Shown here: positions 1-8,704 of the stretch, piece after piece | Numbering within the stretch: position 1 is the first letter of the stretch | Layout: each line of letters opens with the position of its first letter | Source: Fimbriimonadaceae bacterium | GTDB taxonomy: Bacteria; Armatimonadota; Fimbriimonadia; Fimbriimonadales; Fimbriimonadaceae | Assembly: GCA_046597875.1 (NCBI GenBank) | Contig: JBKJJL010000224.1 | Span: 1-60,266, forward strand | DNA length: 60,266 bases | Direction: 5' to 3' | Notes under the pieces: generated by a model | Database searches by the model: none | What the model was told of the DNA's origin: nothing | Seen by the model: only the letters and a program-made list of their open reading frames with translations | Position numbers and translations under genes: made by a program

Positions 1-164
1 ACCAGAAACACTCATCGCATATCCTCTCATTCCTGCCATGAGGCCAGACTGCCTCAGTCAGGTTTTGTTTTGACGGAAGCACTTACGCTCAGTCAGGTTT
101 CATATGAGGGAATGCGGTAGCGCAAAGACCATTCAACTGCCAAGGTATCCTGTAGGTTCCCCAA

Positions 165-1550
165 ATGCCCGAAACCCTGCTTCATCCCTCATCGCTCACC
201 CACACAAGCCGGCCCAAAGAGCGCCGGGGGACGTACTTTGTCCAAACCTGGGGTTGCCAGATGAACGAAGAAGACAGCGAGCAACTCGGGCTCCACCTTC
301 AGGCGATCGGCTTCGAGCCGACTGATTCCATCCTCGAAGCGCACGTCATTTTGCTCAACACTTGCAGCGTGCGCCGCAAGCCTGAGGACAAGGCATTTTC
401 GATGCTCGGGGAACTTGTGCCCCTTAAAGAGTTCCGGCAAGACATCGTCATTGGGGTCTGCGGTTGCATGGCTCAGCTCCGCGCGGACGAGATCAGACGT
501 CGGGCTCCCCACGTGGACTTCGTCCTCGGTACGGGCGACATTTCCAAGGTTGGCGGGCTCGTCGAAGAGGCACTCCAGGGCAGGCGATTCGCCAAGCGCA
601 TCGAACTTCCGGAGCGCAAGGGCGCGATTGTCACCGACGTCCCCGATCGCGAAGTCCATCGCATTGGGAAACTCAAGGCTTACGTTCCAATCCAATACGG
701 ATGCGATAAGTTCTGCACATTTTGTATCGTGCCCACCACCCGAGGCCGCGAGCGCAGCCGCCCCACCGAGGATATCGTCAGGGAAGTCCAGCTTCTCGTC
801 GAACGAGGCACGCGCGAAGTCACTCTCCTGGGCCAAACCGTCAACTCCTATGGCAAGAACCTCGCCGAAGGCCGCGTCCCTTTCGGCGAACTCCTTAACG
901 TACTCTCGGAAATCGAGGGTCTCCAAAGGATTCGCTATACAAGCCCTTATCCTCGGGATTTCAAGAGCGACCTCATCAACGTAATCCGTGACAACTCAAA
1001 GGTCATGGAGCATGTCCACATGCCCGCTCAGTCTGGCAATGACGAAGTCCTTCGGCGCATGAAACGCCAATACACGAGGGCAGGATTCTTGGAGATCGTG
1101 AAGAACCTACGCGAGTCTATCCCTGGGATGACGCTTACCACCGACGTCATCGTCGGATTCCCCGGTGAAACGGAAGAGCAGTTCCAAGATACGGTGTCCC
1201 TCTTCGAAGAAGTGCGCTTCGATGGCGCCTACATGTTTATCTACAGCCCTCGCCCTGGGACCCCGGCGGGCGACATGGAGCAACTCCCCCTCCACGTTCG
1301 AAAGGACCGCCTGGATCGCCTCATGGTCCTTCAGAACCAGATCACCCTCGAAGGCAACCAAGCCCTTGTTGGTAGAACGTTCGAGGTCTTGGTAGAGGGA
1401 CCTTCCCCCCGCAACGCGAGCCGCCTTCAGGGTTATTCGCGGGAATGCAAGATGATGCACTTCGAGGGCGACCCTGCGTCTGTCGGTAGCCTGGTCCAGG
1501 TGAGGGCAACTGAAGGCCATCTGTGGGGACTCTTGGGAACCCCGATCTAA
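165..1550 (+). CDS. miaB: tRNA-2-methylthio-N6-dimethylallyladenosine synthase MiaB (radical SAM methylthiotransferase)
   Basis: 461-aa ORF. N-terminal MTTase motif YFVQTWGCQMNEEDSE, radical-SAM CxxxCxxC (YGCDKFCTFCIVP) and a C-terminal TRAM-like segment (VGRTFEVLVEG). Confidence 0.9.
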   Translation: MPETLLHPSSLTHTSRPKERRGTYFVQTWGCQMNEEDSEQLGLHLQAIGFEPTDSILEAHVILLNTCSVRRKPEDKAFSMLGELVPLKEFRQDIVIGVCGCMAQLRADEIRRRAPHVDFVLGTGDISKVGGLVEEALQGRRFAKRIELPERKGAIVTDVPDREVHRIGKLKAYVPIQYGCDKFCTFCIVPTTRGRERSRPTEDIVREVQLLVERGTREVTLLGQTVNSYGKNLAEGRVPFGELLNVLSEIEGLQRIRYTSPYPRDFKSDLINVIRDNSKVMEHVHMPAQSGNDEVLRRMKRQYTRAGFLEIVKNLRESIPGMTLTTDVIVGFPGETEEQFQDTVSLFEEVRFDGAYMFIYSPRPGTPAGDMEQLPLHVRKDRLDRLMVLQNQITLEGNQALVGRTFEVLVEGPSPRNASRLQGYSRECKMMHFEGDPASVGSLVQVRATEGHLWGLLGTPI

Positions 1551-1750
1551 GGGCACGGAATAGTGCTGACCCGTTGATTCTACGGGAGGCTCGCACAGGC
1601 GCGGAGTTTGTCTGTGCTGTTCCTGACCATGTGCCGCTCGCCCTTTACGATTTCCTTACGGATCAGACGCGGTGACTTATGTTTGCGTGCGCTGTTCCCG
1701 CGTCATCCGATGTAATGGGCACGAAGAAGAGCCCGAAAAGGAGAAATCAA

Positions 1751-2131
1751 ATGCCAGAACCTACAGATAATCGACAACAAGGCGGACAAAACTTCGGAGA
1801 CATGGGGACCTCGAAGCAAGGCGAAGGAGAGCGCTTCAATCCGGGACCAGAAGAGCAGACGACTAACAATCAGGGTGACGAGTGGAGCGGTCTTCCGGGA
1901 ACAGAGAAGAACCCAAGTAAAGAGAGCAATCAGTGGGAAGGAGAGCCCCTCCAAAAGGATAATGAGGACAAACCTCAGAACGAGGACCGAACTGGAAACC
2001 AAGGCCATACAGGAAAGCAATGGGACGGGCAAACCGGCACAAAGGAGAGCGGCTGGCAGAACCAGGACGCCAAATCTGGCGGGCAACGCCAAGACGCCGA
2101 AGCGGGCAAGGCACGAAACGGGCCCGAGTAA
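1751..2131 (+). CDS. hypothetical highly hydrophilic G/Q/N/E/K-rich protein, probably disordered
   Basis: ATG at 1751 has AAGGAG 8 nt upstream; the longer track ORF from 1679 has no such RBS. 126 aa with no hydrophobic core and four W-x-G/N motifs (DEWSG, NQWEG, KQWDG, SGWQN). No family recognised. Confidence 0.45.
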   Translation: MPEPTDNRQQGGQNFGDMGTSKQGEGERFNPGPEEQTTNNQGDEWSGLPGTEKNPSKESNQWEGEPLQKDNEDKPQNEDRTGNQGHTGKQWDGQTGTKESGWQNQDAKSGGQRQDAEAGKARNGPE

Positions 2132-2220
2132 CAGGGAGTGACCTCTCTACCCCACGAGAAAGGCCACGGCACAAGCCGTGGCCTCTTCGTAACATCGACC
2201 CTCCAACATCACACTTAGCA

Positions 2221-3729
2221 ATGAGTCTCCAAAATAACGAATCAATCTGGATAAGTTCGACCGACCAGCCGGAAACGCCCAACTCAAAGTCTCAGGGGAC
2301 GTATGACGTTGTCATCGTGGGCGCCGGCATCGTTGGCGTCAGCCTCGCGTACCGCCTTCGCAAGAGTGGAAGTCGGGTACTTCTTGTGGAAGCGCTGAAC
2401 GTGTTGCGCGGTGTCACGGGCTTCACTACCGGGAAGCTTACGGCCCAACATGGACTGATCTACTCCAAAGTTCGCAAGAGCCAAGGCGATGATACTGCCC
2501 GTACTTATAACCAGGCCCAACAGTGGGCGATTGAGCAAGTTGACTCGCTCGTACGCGAACATGCGATCGCGTGTGATCTCTGCGTGGATGATGCTCACAT
2601 TTACTCCACTGAGGAAGCAAATGATGCCTCTATGGAGGAGGAATCGGCAGCGTATCGAGATTTAGGAATCGAGGGAGAACTGGTCGCACCAACTGGCTGT
2701 CCAGAAGGAGCGCGCAAGCTGTTGAGAATGCGGAATCAGCGGCACTTTCACCCGCGCAATTTTTTGCTAAAATTGCTCGAACTCGCTATCGCTGACGGCG
2801 TCCATGTAATTTCAAAGAATCGAGTGCTCAAGGTAACCGAAGAGCAAGATTGTTGCGTCATTGAAACTGAAAGGGGAACGATACGTGCGCAGCAGGTCGC
2901 GGTCACTTCGCATTATCCGGTGCACGATTCAGGGCTATTCATCGCAAAACTCTCGCCGATTCGATCCTATGCCGCCGCTTTCCGTTATGGTTCCGACCGA
3001 TCCGAAGGTATGTTCATTACCCACGATGATGAACCTCTCCGATCTTGGAGGCCGGCAAAGTTTTACAACGAGGATGTGCTCATCGTTGGCTCGGTCCATC
3101 ATAAAGTCGGTGAAGCACCCGACGAAGGCGACGCTTACGCAGAACTTGAAGCATGGGCCAGGAAAACGTTCACTCTAAAGGAGCGTGTAGCGCGCTGGTC
3201 AACGCAAGATAACTGGACGCCCGATGATCTTCCTTTCATAGGCAAATCGCCGAATCGCGAGCGAGTTCTCCTTGCCGCCGGTTTTGGTGGTTGGGGAATG
3301 ACGAACGGAATTGTGGCGTCTCACTTGCTGGCGGATGCAGTTGAGGGTCGTGATAATCCTTGGGCAGACGTGTTCAGCCCCGGCCGTCTGAATCTCGGTA
3401 TGGTTCCCAAGCTTGTAAAGGAAAACCTCGGAACTGTTTCGCATTTAGTGGGCGATAAGGTTGCACGGGTTCCGGAACTAGATCCAGACTCGGTTCCAGT
3501 TGGCGAAGGAGCGATCGGTATGATTGGCTCTAACCGGCGCGCGATTTACAATGACCCGCATGATGGAGTGTGCATTCTCAATCCCCGTTGCACCCATATG
3601 GGTTGTCAGCTGATGTGGAACACGTTAGAAAGTACGTGGGATTGCCCGTGTCACGGTTCGCGGTTTACCGCCACTGGAGAGGTGATACACGGACCCGCGG
3701 TAACTGCCCTCGAGTTGATCGTGGCCTAG
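2221..3729 (+). CDS. FAD-dependent oxidoreductase fused to a C-terminal Rieske [2Fe-2S] domain
   Basis: ATG at 2221 (MSLQNNES) preferred over the track start at 2020, which overlaps the upstream gene. Rossmann GxGxxG (YDVVIVGAGIVGVS) and Rieske CxH...CxxH (CTHMGCQL...CPCHGSRF). Confidence 0.8.
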   Translation: MSLQNNESIWISSTDQPETPNSKSQGTYDVVIVGAGIVGVSLAYRLRKSGSRVLLVEALNVLRGVTGFTTGKLTAQHGLIYSKVRKSQGDDTARTYNQAQQWAIEQVDSLVREHAIACDLCVDDAHIYSTEEANDASMEEESAAYRDLGIEGELVAPTGCPEGARKLLRMRNQRHFHPRNFLLKLLELAIADGVHVISKNRVLKVTEEQDCCVIETERGTIRAQQVAVTSHYPVHDSGLFIAKLSPIRSYAAAFRYGSDRSEGMFITHDDEPLRSWRPAKFYNEDVLIVGSVHHKVGEAPDEGDAYAELEAWARKTFTLKERVARWSTQDNWTPDDLPFIGKSPNRERVLLAAGFGGWGMTNGIVASHLLADAVEGRDNPWADVFSPGRLNLGMVPKLVKENLGTVSHLVGDKVARVPELDPDSVPVGEGAIGMIGSNRRAIYNDPHDGVCILNPRCTHMGCQLMWNTLESTWDCPCHGSRFTATGEVIHGPAVTALELIVA

Positions 3730-3741
3730 AGGAGATAGCGA

Positions 3742-4152
3742 ATGAAACTAATGGACAAATTTCAAAAAGTCGCCCGAGCAGTCGCAAACGTGGCTGGATC
3801 GCCGTGGGGATTCTTGAGTGCGAGCCTCATCGTCATCGTTTGGGGATTGACCGGACCGCTATTCGGATACTCAGACACCTGGCAACTGGTCATCAATACC
3901 GGGACGACCATTGTCACTTTTCTCATGGTGTTTCTCATCCAATCAACTCAGAATCGTGACGGGGAAGCCATGCAGCTGAAACTTGACGAACTCATACGCG
4001 CGATTGGAACTGCCCGCAACGAGCTCTTCGATTTAGAGAACATGAGCGAGGCAGAGGTGGCAAAAGTCCGAGCGGACTTTGACAGGGATCGCAAGAGCAA
4101 TGCGGACGGTGCCGCTGTTTCCGAGGGTCCGCCTCCCGTGGTCTCGCCCTGA
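3742..4152 (+). CDS. low-affinity iron permease family protein (Fet4-like small membrane protein)
   Basis: 136 aa. Near-consensus family block GSPWGFLSASLIVIVWGLTGPLFGYSDTWQLVINTGTTIVTFLMVFLIQSTQNRD...LKLDELIRA. Confidence 0.8.
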   Translation: MKLMDKFQKVARAVANVAGSPWGFLSASLIVIVWGLTGPLFGYSDTWQLVINTGTTIVTFLMVFLIQSTQNRDGEAMQLKLDELIRAIGTARNELFDLENMSEAEVAKVRADFDRDRKSNADGAAVSEGPPPVVSP

Positions 4153-4158
4153 GGAACC

Positions 4159-6639
4159 TCATTTTCCGCTAGGCGTCACGTATTTCATCAACCACGGGAC
4201 CCATCTGGACCACATATCTTGAAGCGTCTCCTTCGCGATCTGGCCGTGGTCTTCATAAGGATACATGTAGAGGGCGGCGGGTTTGCCGATGCTTTCTAGC
4301 ACGTGGAACATCCGCTCGGAGTTGATTGGATTGGTGCCGACGTTCTGATCCTCCATGCCGCAATACATGAGCAAAGCGCCGGTTATGTTCTCCGCGTAGA
4401 GCATCGCCGACATGTTCATGTAGGTCTCACGCGCCTCAAAGAGGGTGCGGGTTTCGCTTTGGAAGGACATCGGCGTGAGCGAGCGGTTGTAGTTGCCCGC
4501 GCCTGCAATGCCGGCCTTAAAGAAGGGCGTGTGGACGAGCGCGTTGCCGGTGCTGAACCCGCCGTAGCTATGGCCCCCGATTGCAAGCTTGGATCTATCA
4601 ATGAGGCCCCGACGCTCTAGCTCGTCGATTGTGGCCGACAGGTTGTTTCTCAGGTCGTTCACGTAAAAGTCGTTCATACGGCCCGCGGGACCGACGATGG
4701 GGCAATCGGGCTCCACGAACGCGTATCCGTATCGGGTGAGCAGGCTCATGCTATTCGGCGACACGTTAGGAAACAGGTTCTTGTTGTAAGTTCTTTGTCC
4801 GCGATCGTAGGCGGCTTGGTCGGTGAACTCGCCGGGATAGAACCAGAACATGGCAGGGAGTTTCATTCCTTCGAATCCCCACTTGGGAGCGGTGACTTTG
4901 ACCCAAAACTTGAAGCCGTCCGGACGGGTGACCTGAATGCGATACCGCTTCGCCGCGGTGATGTCGGGCGCGTAATCCTTGTTGTCGGTCAGTTTCCGAG
5001 CCTTCGCGTTGTTCTCGAAGAGGTAGGAGTTGCTGATTTCAGTTGGCGACTGGCGATCCACGATGAGCATCGCTCCGTCCTCACTGAGGAACGAGCTTGC
5101 GGTCTCATAGGCATCGGCAGGGCTTTCGAAGATGCGCGTGGTTTTTGCATTGGCCACATCGACTCTGTCGAGAAACGGTCTTGGAGCGTCCTTCATCGGA
5201 TCGGCTGGTGTTACGCTTCCGCGCAAGAAAACCATGCCGTTTGCTTCTCGCACGACCGGCCTCCCCAATGGGCCATCTCGTAGAACGAGACTGCCCGGAT
5301 TCTTCCCCGTTTCGCTGGTTCGATAGCTGTACACCGGCTTCTTACTGATCCCGAAGATCTGATTCAGCGTCTCGGTTCCGCTCACGGTTTCGGAAATGTA
5401 AAGGGTTTTTCCGTCCGCCGAGTACTGAACCGAGCCAATCCCGGTATCACTTTGGTAAATCGTTTTGATGTCGTCTTTTCCGAAAGGCGCGACCCACTGG
5501 ACAAGTTTTTCCTTCCGTGGAGCCGTCGCAGCCTGGCCTCCTCTGCCCCGACCTCCTTGCTCGTCATCATCCTCACTTCTCGGAGTTGGAACCGGTGCGG
5601 CTGCGGGGCCGTCGGCGGCGATGTAACCAAGACCATTGCCATCGGGTCGCCAGGCCAAACCACGCCGAGGATCAGCGGCGGGAGTTGGCGTGTCGGTATC
5701 GGCAAAGGTTAGACGTCGGTTTGACAGTTCCACAAGCATCTTGCCGTCCATATCCCAAATCTCTTCCTTCGATCCAAAGCCGGAGACGGGAACGAGGTAG
5801 GAGAAGGGCTTCTGAATCATCGTTACGCGCACGAAATCGCCCTTTGGAGAGGGGTCAAACGATCGAATCATCGCGGGCGCGCCAATCGATTTGGTCTTGC
5901 CGGTTGAAACGTCGACTTTGACAAGCTGGCCGAGCGCGTAGTACTCGAGAATCCCTTCATCTTCCTTGGTCGACATCAGATTGCGATACGTACGCAGACG
6001 ATTCTTGGCGGCATCGGATACATGCACGCGGGGTTGGGACGCCACTTCTGGACGCGCAGGAGCTTTTCCTCGCTTTTCCGGAATCGCGACCAGGAAAATC
6101 GACTGCCCATCGCCGCTCCAAGCGTAGCGAGCGAACGTCCCCAGCACTGGGCGATCCACAAGACGACGCGATTTTCCTGAGTCCAAATCGTATACAAAAA
6201 CCTGAGTTGAATCCACGAAATGGATGGAGTAGGCGATGCGTGTACTGTCGCTCGACCAATCTGCGTCGCCAATACGCCCGCCCCGAGGAGCTTCAATGCG
6301 TTTGCGTGTCCAGTCGGACGAATCGACAATGGTCAACGCTACTGCACCCCGTAAAGTGTCAGCACGTTCACGATCCGCAGTAAAGTCAACTTGCACGCCG
6401 CCAAGATTGTAGTTGGGTTTGGCCAGATCGGCCAGACGCGGCATGCCAGCAGATTCGCTCAACAGGAAATACCGATCGTTCGGGCTCTGATTGGTCATCA
6501 GGGTATTCAAATGCCGAGGAGCATCGAGGAACGATTGAATCTCCTTCGGAGCAGGCTGATAGCTTTGAGCATCCAGCGGCCCCGACTGGGCATTCGACAG
6601 ACCGGCAACGAAAACGACAAAAAGAGCGAAACTGCGCAC
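4159..6639 (-). CDS. secreted S9 family (prolyl oligopeptidase-type) serine peptidase
   Basis: 826 aa. Signal peptide MRSFALFVVFVAGLSNAQS, propeller-like N-terminal half, C-terminal alpha/beta-hydrolase with nucleophile elbow GGHSYGG and a late ...YPYEDHG. Confidence 0.85.
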   Translation of the reverse strand: MRSFALFVVFVAGLSNAQSGPLDAQSYQPAPKEIQSFLDAPRHLNTLMTNQSPNDRYFLLSESAGMPRLADLAKPNYNLGGVQVDFTADRERADTLRGAVALTIVDSSDWTRKRIEAPRGGRIGDADWSSDSTRIAYSIHFVDSTQVFVYDLDSGKSRRLVDRPVLGTFARYAWSGDGQSIFLVAIPEKRGKAPARPEVASQPRVHVSDAAKNRLRTYRNLMSTKEDEGILEYYALGQLVKVDVSTGKTKSIGAPAMIRSFDPSPKGDFVRVTMIQKPFSYLVPVSGFGSKEEIWDMDGKMLVELSNRRLTFADTDTPTPAADPRRGLAWRPDGNGLGYIAADGPAAAPVPTPRSEDDDEQGGRGRGGQAATAPRKEKLVQWVAPFGKDDIKTIYQSDTGIGSVQYSADGKTLYISETVSGTETLNQIFGISKKPVYSYRTSETGKNPGSLVLRDGPLGRPVVREANGMVFLRGSVTPADPMKDAPRPFLDRVDVANAKTTRIFESPADAYETASSFLSEDGAMLIVDRQSPTEISNSYLFENNAKARKLTDNKDYAPDITAAKRYRIQVTRPDGFKFWVKVTAPKWGFEGMKLPAMFWFYPGEFTDQAAYDRGQRTYNKNLFPNVSPNSMSLLTRYGYAFVEPDCPIVGPAGRMNDFYVNDLRNNLSATIDELERRGLIDRSKLAIGGHSYGGFSTGNALVHTPFFKAGIAGAGNYNRSLTPMSFQSETRTLFEARETYMNMSAMLYAENITGALLMYCGMEDQNVGTNPINSERMFHVLESIGKPAALYMYPYEDHGQIAKETLQDMWSRWVPWLMKYVTPSGK

Positions 6640-6743
6640 GCCTATTTATAGCACTTCTTCACTGAAGGTTCTTGATCCTGTCCTCCTTTTGTTTCTCCGA
6701 TCGTTATGAAACATAGAGGTTGCGACGATGCGTCCTAAGCTGT

Positions 6744-7634
6744 ATGAAGCGATTGGCTCTCGGAATCGTCGCCATGGTGGGAGTTGCAGTTGGGACCGCT
6801 TGTCTGTCGGCCGTAGGCTCGCAATACCCCATGGTCCACGTCGCCTCCGAAGAAGTCGCGATCATTTATGATGCACGTACTCAAACAGAACACTTCATCC
6901 GGAAGGCGAAATTTGATAGCGAGGCGCCCGATTTCGCGTTTGTGGCCCCGACTCCTTCTCGGCCCGAACTTGGGGAGGCGGATTCGGCGTTATTCACACT
7001 CCTGAGGAAGTTCGTCCCGCCGCCACCGCGAAACGAGGGCGGCGGGTTGGATCGCCGAGCGGGCGGGGGCAGAGAACCTGCCGTGCAAGTAATCGAGACC
7101 AAGGATGTCGCTGGAATGCGGGCCACGATCCTGAAGGCTCGCAAAGCCGCGGACCTTCAGAAGTGGCTCCGGGCGAACGGCTACGCAACGCCGGTTGGGT
7201 TTACCGATTGGGTCCGCCCCTACCTGGTCGGCGATTGGCACCTAACCGCGTTCAAGTTTATCAAGAAAGGCGAGAGCGCGGACGTGAGCACCAAGTCGAT
7301 ACGGCTGAGCTTCAAAACGGATCGTCCCTACTATCCTTATCGGATACCGAAGGGAGAAAACCCATTCGGGCGCGACCTACGCATCTATGTCGTCGCTCCG
7401 TTTCCAGTAGACGCAAAGACGGGCAACATGCCCAGAACTCGCCAGCTATTTCATGCGGGCGCACTGCCCGATGAGACCTACCTTCGTCTGCTTGCACTGG
7501 GGCAAATCGACCCGGATCTCGCGGGACCACGGGCCGTGCTGACGATCTTTAGCGACAGCGGAGACGAACGCGCAGGGGCGGATGACCTCTGGTTTACCGC
7601 TTCTTCATCATCCGCCAGCCGGTCTTTGCCTTAA
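6744..7634 (+). CDS. hypothetical secreted protein (DUF2330-like)
   Basis: Start taken at MKRLALGIVAMVGVAVG (signal-like). Block EEVAIIYDARTQTEHFIRKAKFDSEAPDFAFVAPTPSRPEL resembles DUF2330 proteins; the assignment is by memory only. The last ~40 nt overlap the tail of the convergent GNAT pseudogene. Confidence 0.5.
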   Translation: MKRLALGIVAMVGVAVGTACLSAVGSQYPMVHVASEEVAIIYDARTQTEHFIRKAKFDSEAPDFAFVAPTPSRPELGEADSALFTLLRKFVPPPPRNEGGGLDRRAGGGREPAVQVIETKDVAGMRATILKARKAADLQKWLRANGYATPVGFTDWVRPYLVGDWHLTAFKFIKKGESADVSTKSIRLSFKTDRPYYPYRIPKGENPFGRDLRIYVVAPFPVDAKTGNMPRTRQLFHAGALPDETYLRLLALGQIDPDLAGPRAVLTIFSDSGDERAGADDLWFTASSSSASRSLP

Positions 7635-8020
7635 ATCCCAGCTTCGCGTTGATGGCTCGCATGGGTGCGTTTCGATCGTCGTTGAATGTGTGCATGCGAA
7701 GGCCACCTTCCGCCTTAGGCCCAGCGAATGCCTATCTTGAGGGGCCTCGCTGACCTCGATCAGGCGTCTTCCGAGTACTTGTCGCTGCGACGCATCAGCA
7801 ACCTCCGCGCGCACCATAAAAAATCTTCTTCTCGACTGGCACGTGGACCGAGTTCGCATAGGCGACGACGGCCCCCTGCGAAACCTCAAGAACCCATCTG
7901 GCGAACGGGAACTCCTTCGGAATAGCGCTCGGGGGATGATGGCTTTTCTCCTCTTCGTTGAAAGGATTTGGTAGCAAGGAATCTTTCTTTGGCCGGGCCA
8001 AACGGCGTAGACCGCCTGCT
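7594..8020 (-). pseudogene. decayed paralogue of the GNAT gene at 9810..10742 (frameshifted, ~480-bp internal deletion)
   Basis: Nucleotides 7579-7730 align to 9795-9946 (first 47 nt identical, ~90% overall by eye) and ~7735-7975 align to ~10425-10660. Homologous peptide is split over two frames (KEFPFARWVLEVSQGAVVAYANSVH in ORF 7795..8067; VRAEVADASQRQVLGRRLIEV in ORF 7608..8153). The 5' limit is approximate. Confidence 0.75.
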
Positions 8021-8038
8021 CGGGAATGAGCACATTGT

Positions 8039-8698
8039 TTAGTAGTAAGAAGGAAATATCCAAGCAATTCGTGAGAGGCCGCCGGTCGTCACCCTCTCCT
8101 TTGTCAGCAGACGATATTTCCCATCTGCCGAAATCTTTTCGACGACTAGGCACAAATTCCCAAGACTTGGAATCGTGGGAAGCGGAAGCATTAAAAGCCT
8201 TCGCACGTAGAAATGACCATCCTTGCCGGTCCAGGTAACTGATCCTGTGGGCTTAAGCGAGTCTCCCACCACGCCGCAGTACCCGTTAGGGCTATCTTTG
8301 AGAGAAGCTAAAAGTAGCTGGTCACCGTAAGTCCAGTCTAAGCCCAGGCTGCCACGGGATCTCACTTCGATCCCCATCGTATTTCCTAAGCAATGGGCCG
8401 TGCGAGGCGTTGTGAACAGCCGAACGTACCTCAAGGCTTCGGCTGCATCCCGCAAAGTGACATGCCCTGCCAATAAGTTAGGGAACGAAACTTCCGTGCG
8501 CCGTTTTGACCCTATCAGGATTAACTTCTCTGAGGCCTCTTGTGGTGAGCTTGGTGAATAGGAAATCACGAGCTTCCCTTTTAGGCTTAACTTCGCCGCA
8601 ATGGGTTCTGTCTGCGTCATGCTTTCGAGGAGAGCTCGGCGCGAAAGTGTTTGAGAGTTCAAGGCGAAAGTATGCAGGGCAAGGGTTAGTAGCAGCAT
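8039..8698 (-). CDS. hypothetical exported protein; candidate immunity partner of the upstream Rhs tip
   Basis: 219 aa. The ATG lies 6 nt after the Rhs-tip stop, and the GGAGG in the last Rhs codons is placed as its RBS. Hydrophobic N-terminus MLLLTLALHTFA. No family recognised. GC is lower than the flanks. Confidence 0.5.
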   Translation of the reverse strand: MLLLTLALHTFALNSQTLSRRALLESMTQTEPIAAKLSLKGKLVISYSPSSPQEASEKLILIGSKRRTEVSFPNLLAGHVTLRDAAEALRYVRLFTTPRTAHCLGNTMGIEVRSRGSLGLDWTYGDQLLLASLKDSPNGYCGVVGDSLKPTGSVTWTGKDGHFYVRRLLMLPLPTIPSLGNLCLVVEKISADGKYRLLTKERVTTGGLSRIAWIFPSYY

Positions 8699-8704
8699 TA
8701 GAAT

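Noticed and set aside
1-39. A possible 5' end of a minus-strand gene leaving the window (ATG complement at 37-39, MAGMRGYAMSVSG...).
   Set aside because: Only 13 codons are visible, so it cannot be supported.
189-926. Long antisense or out-of-frame ORFs overlapping well-supported genes. Examples: 189..926(-), 12656..13210(+), 34278..35048(-), 38835..39527(-), 41782..42453(+), 50308..51033(-), 54033..54692(+), 55764..56441(+), 58472..59338(-).
   Set aside because: Each lies opposite to, or frame-shifted within, a gene with clear family motifs. Their translations are Arg/Pro/Ser/Gly-rich with no recognisable domains, as expected for spurious ORFs in GC-rich DNA.
2020-2220. N-terminal extensions of track ORFs. 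Examples: 2020 for the FAD/Rieske gene, 33006 for M14, 13189 for tig, 20888 for the adenosyltransferase, 47208 for Nif3, 50452 for the secreted protein.
   Set aside because: The extensions overlap upstream genes or the tRNA and are basic low-complexity sequence. Internal starts reproduce canonical N-termini or signal peptides.
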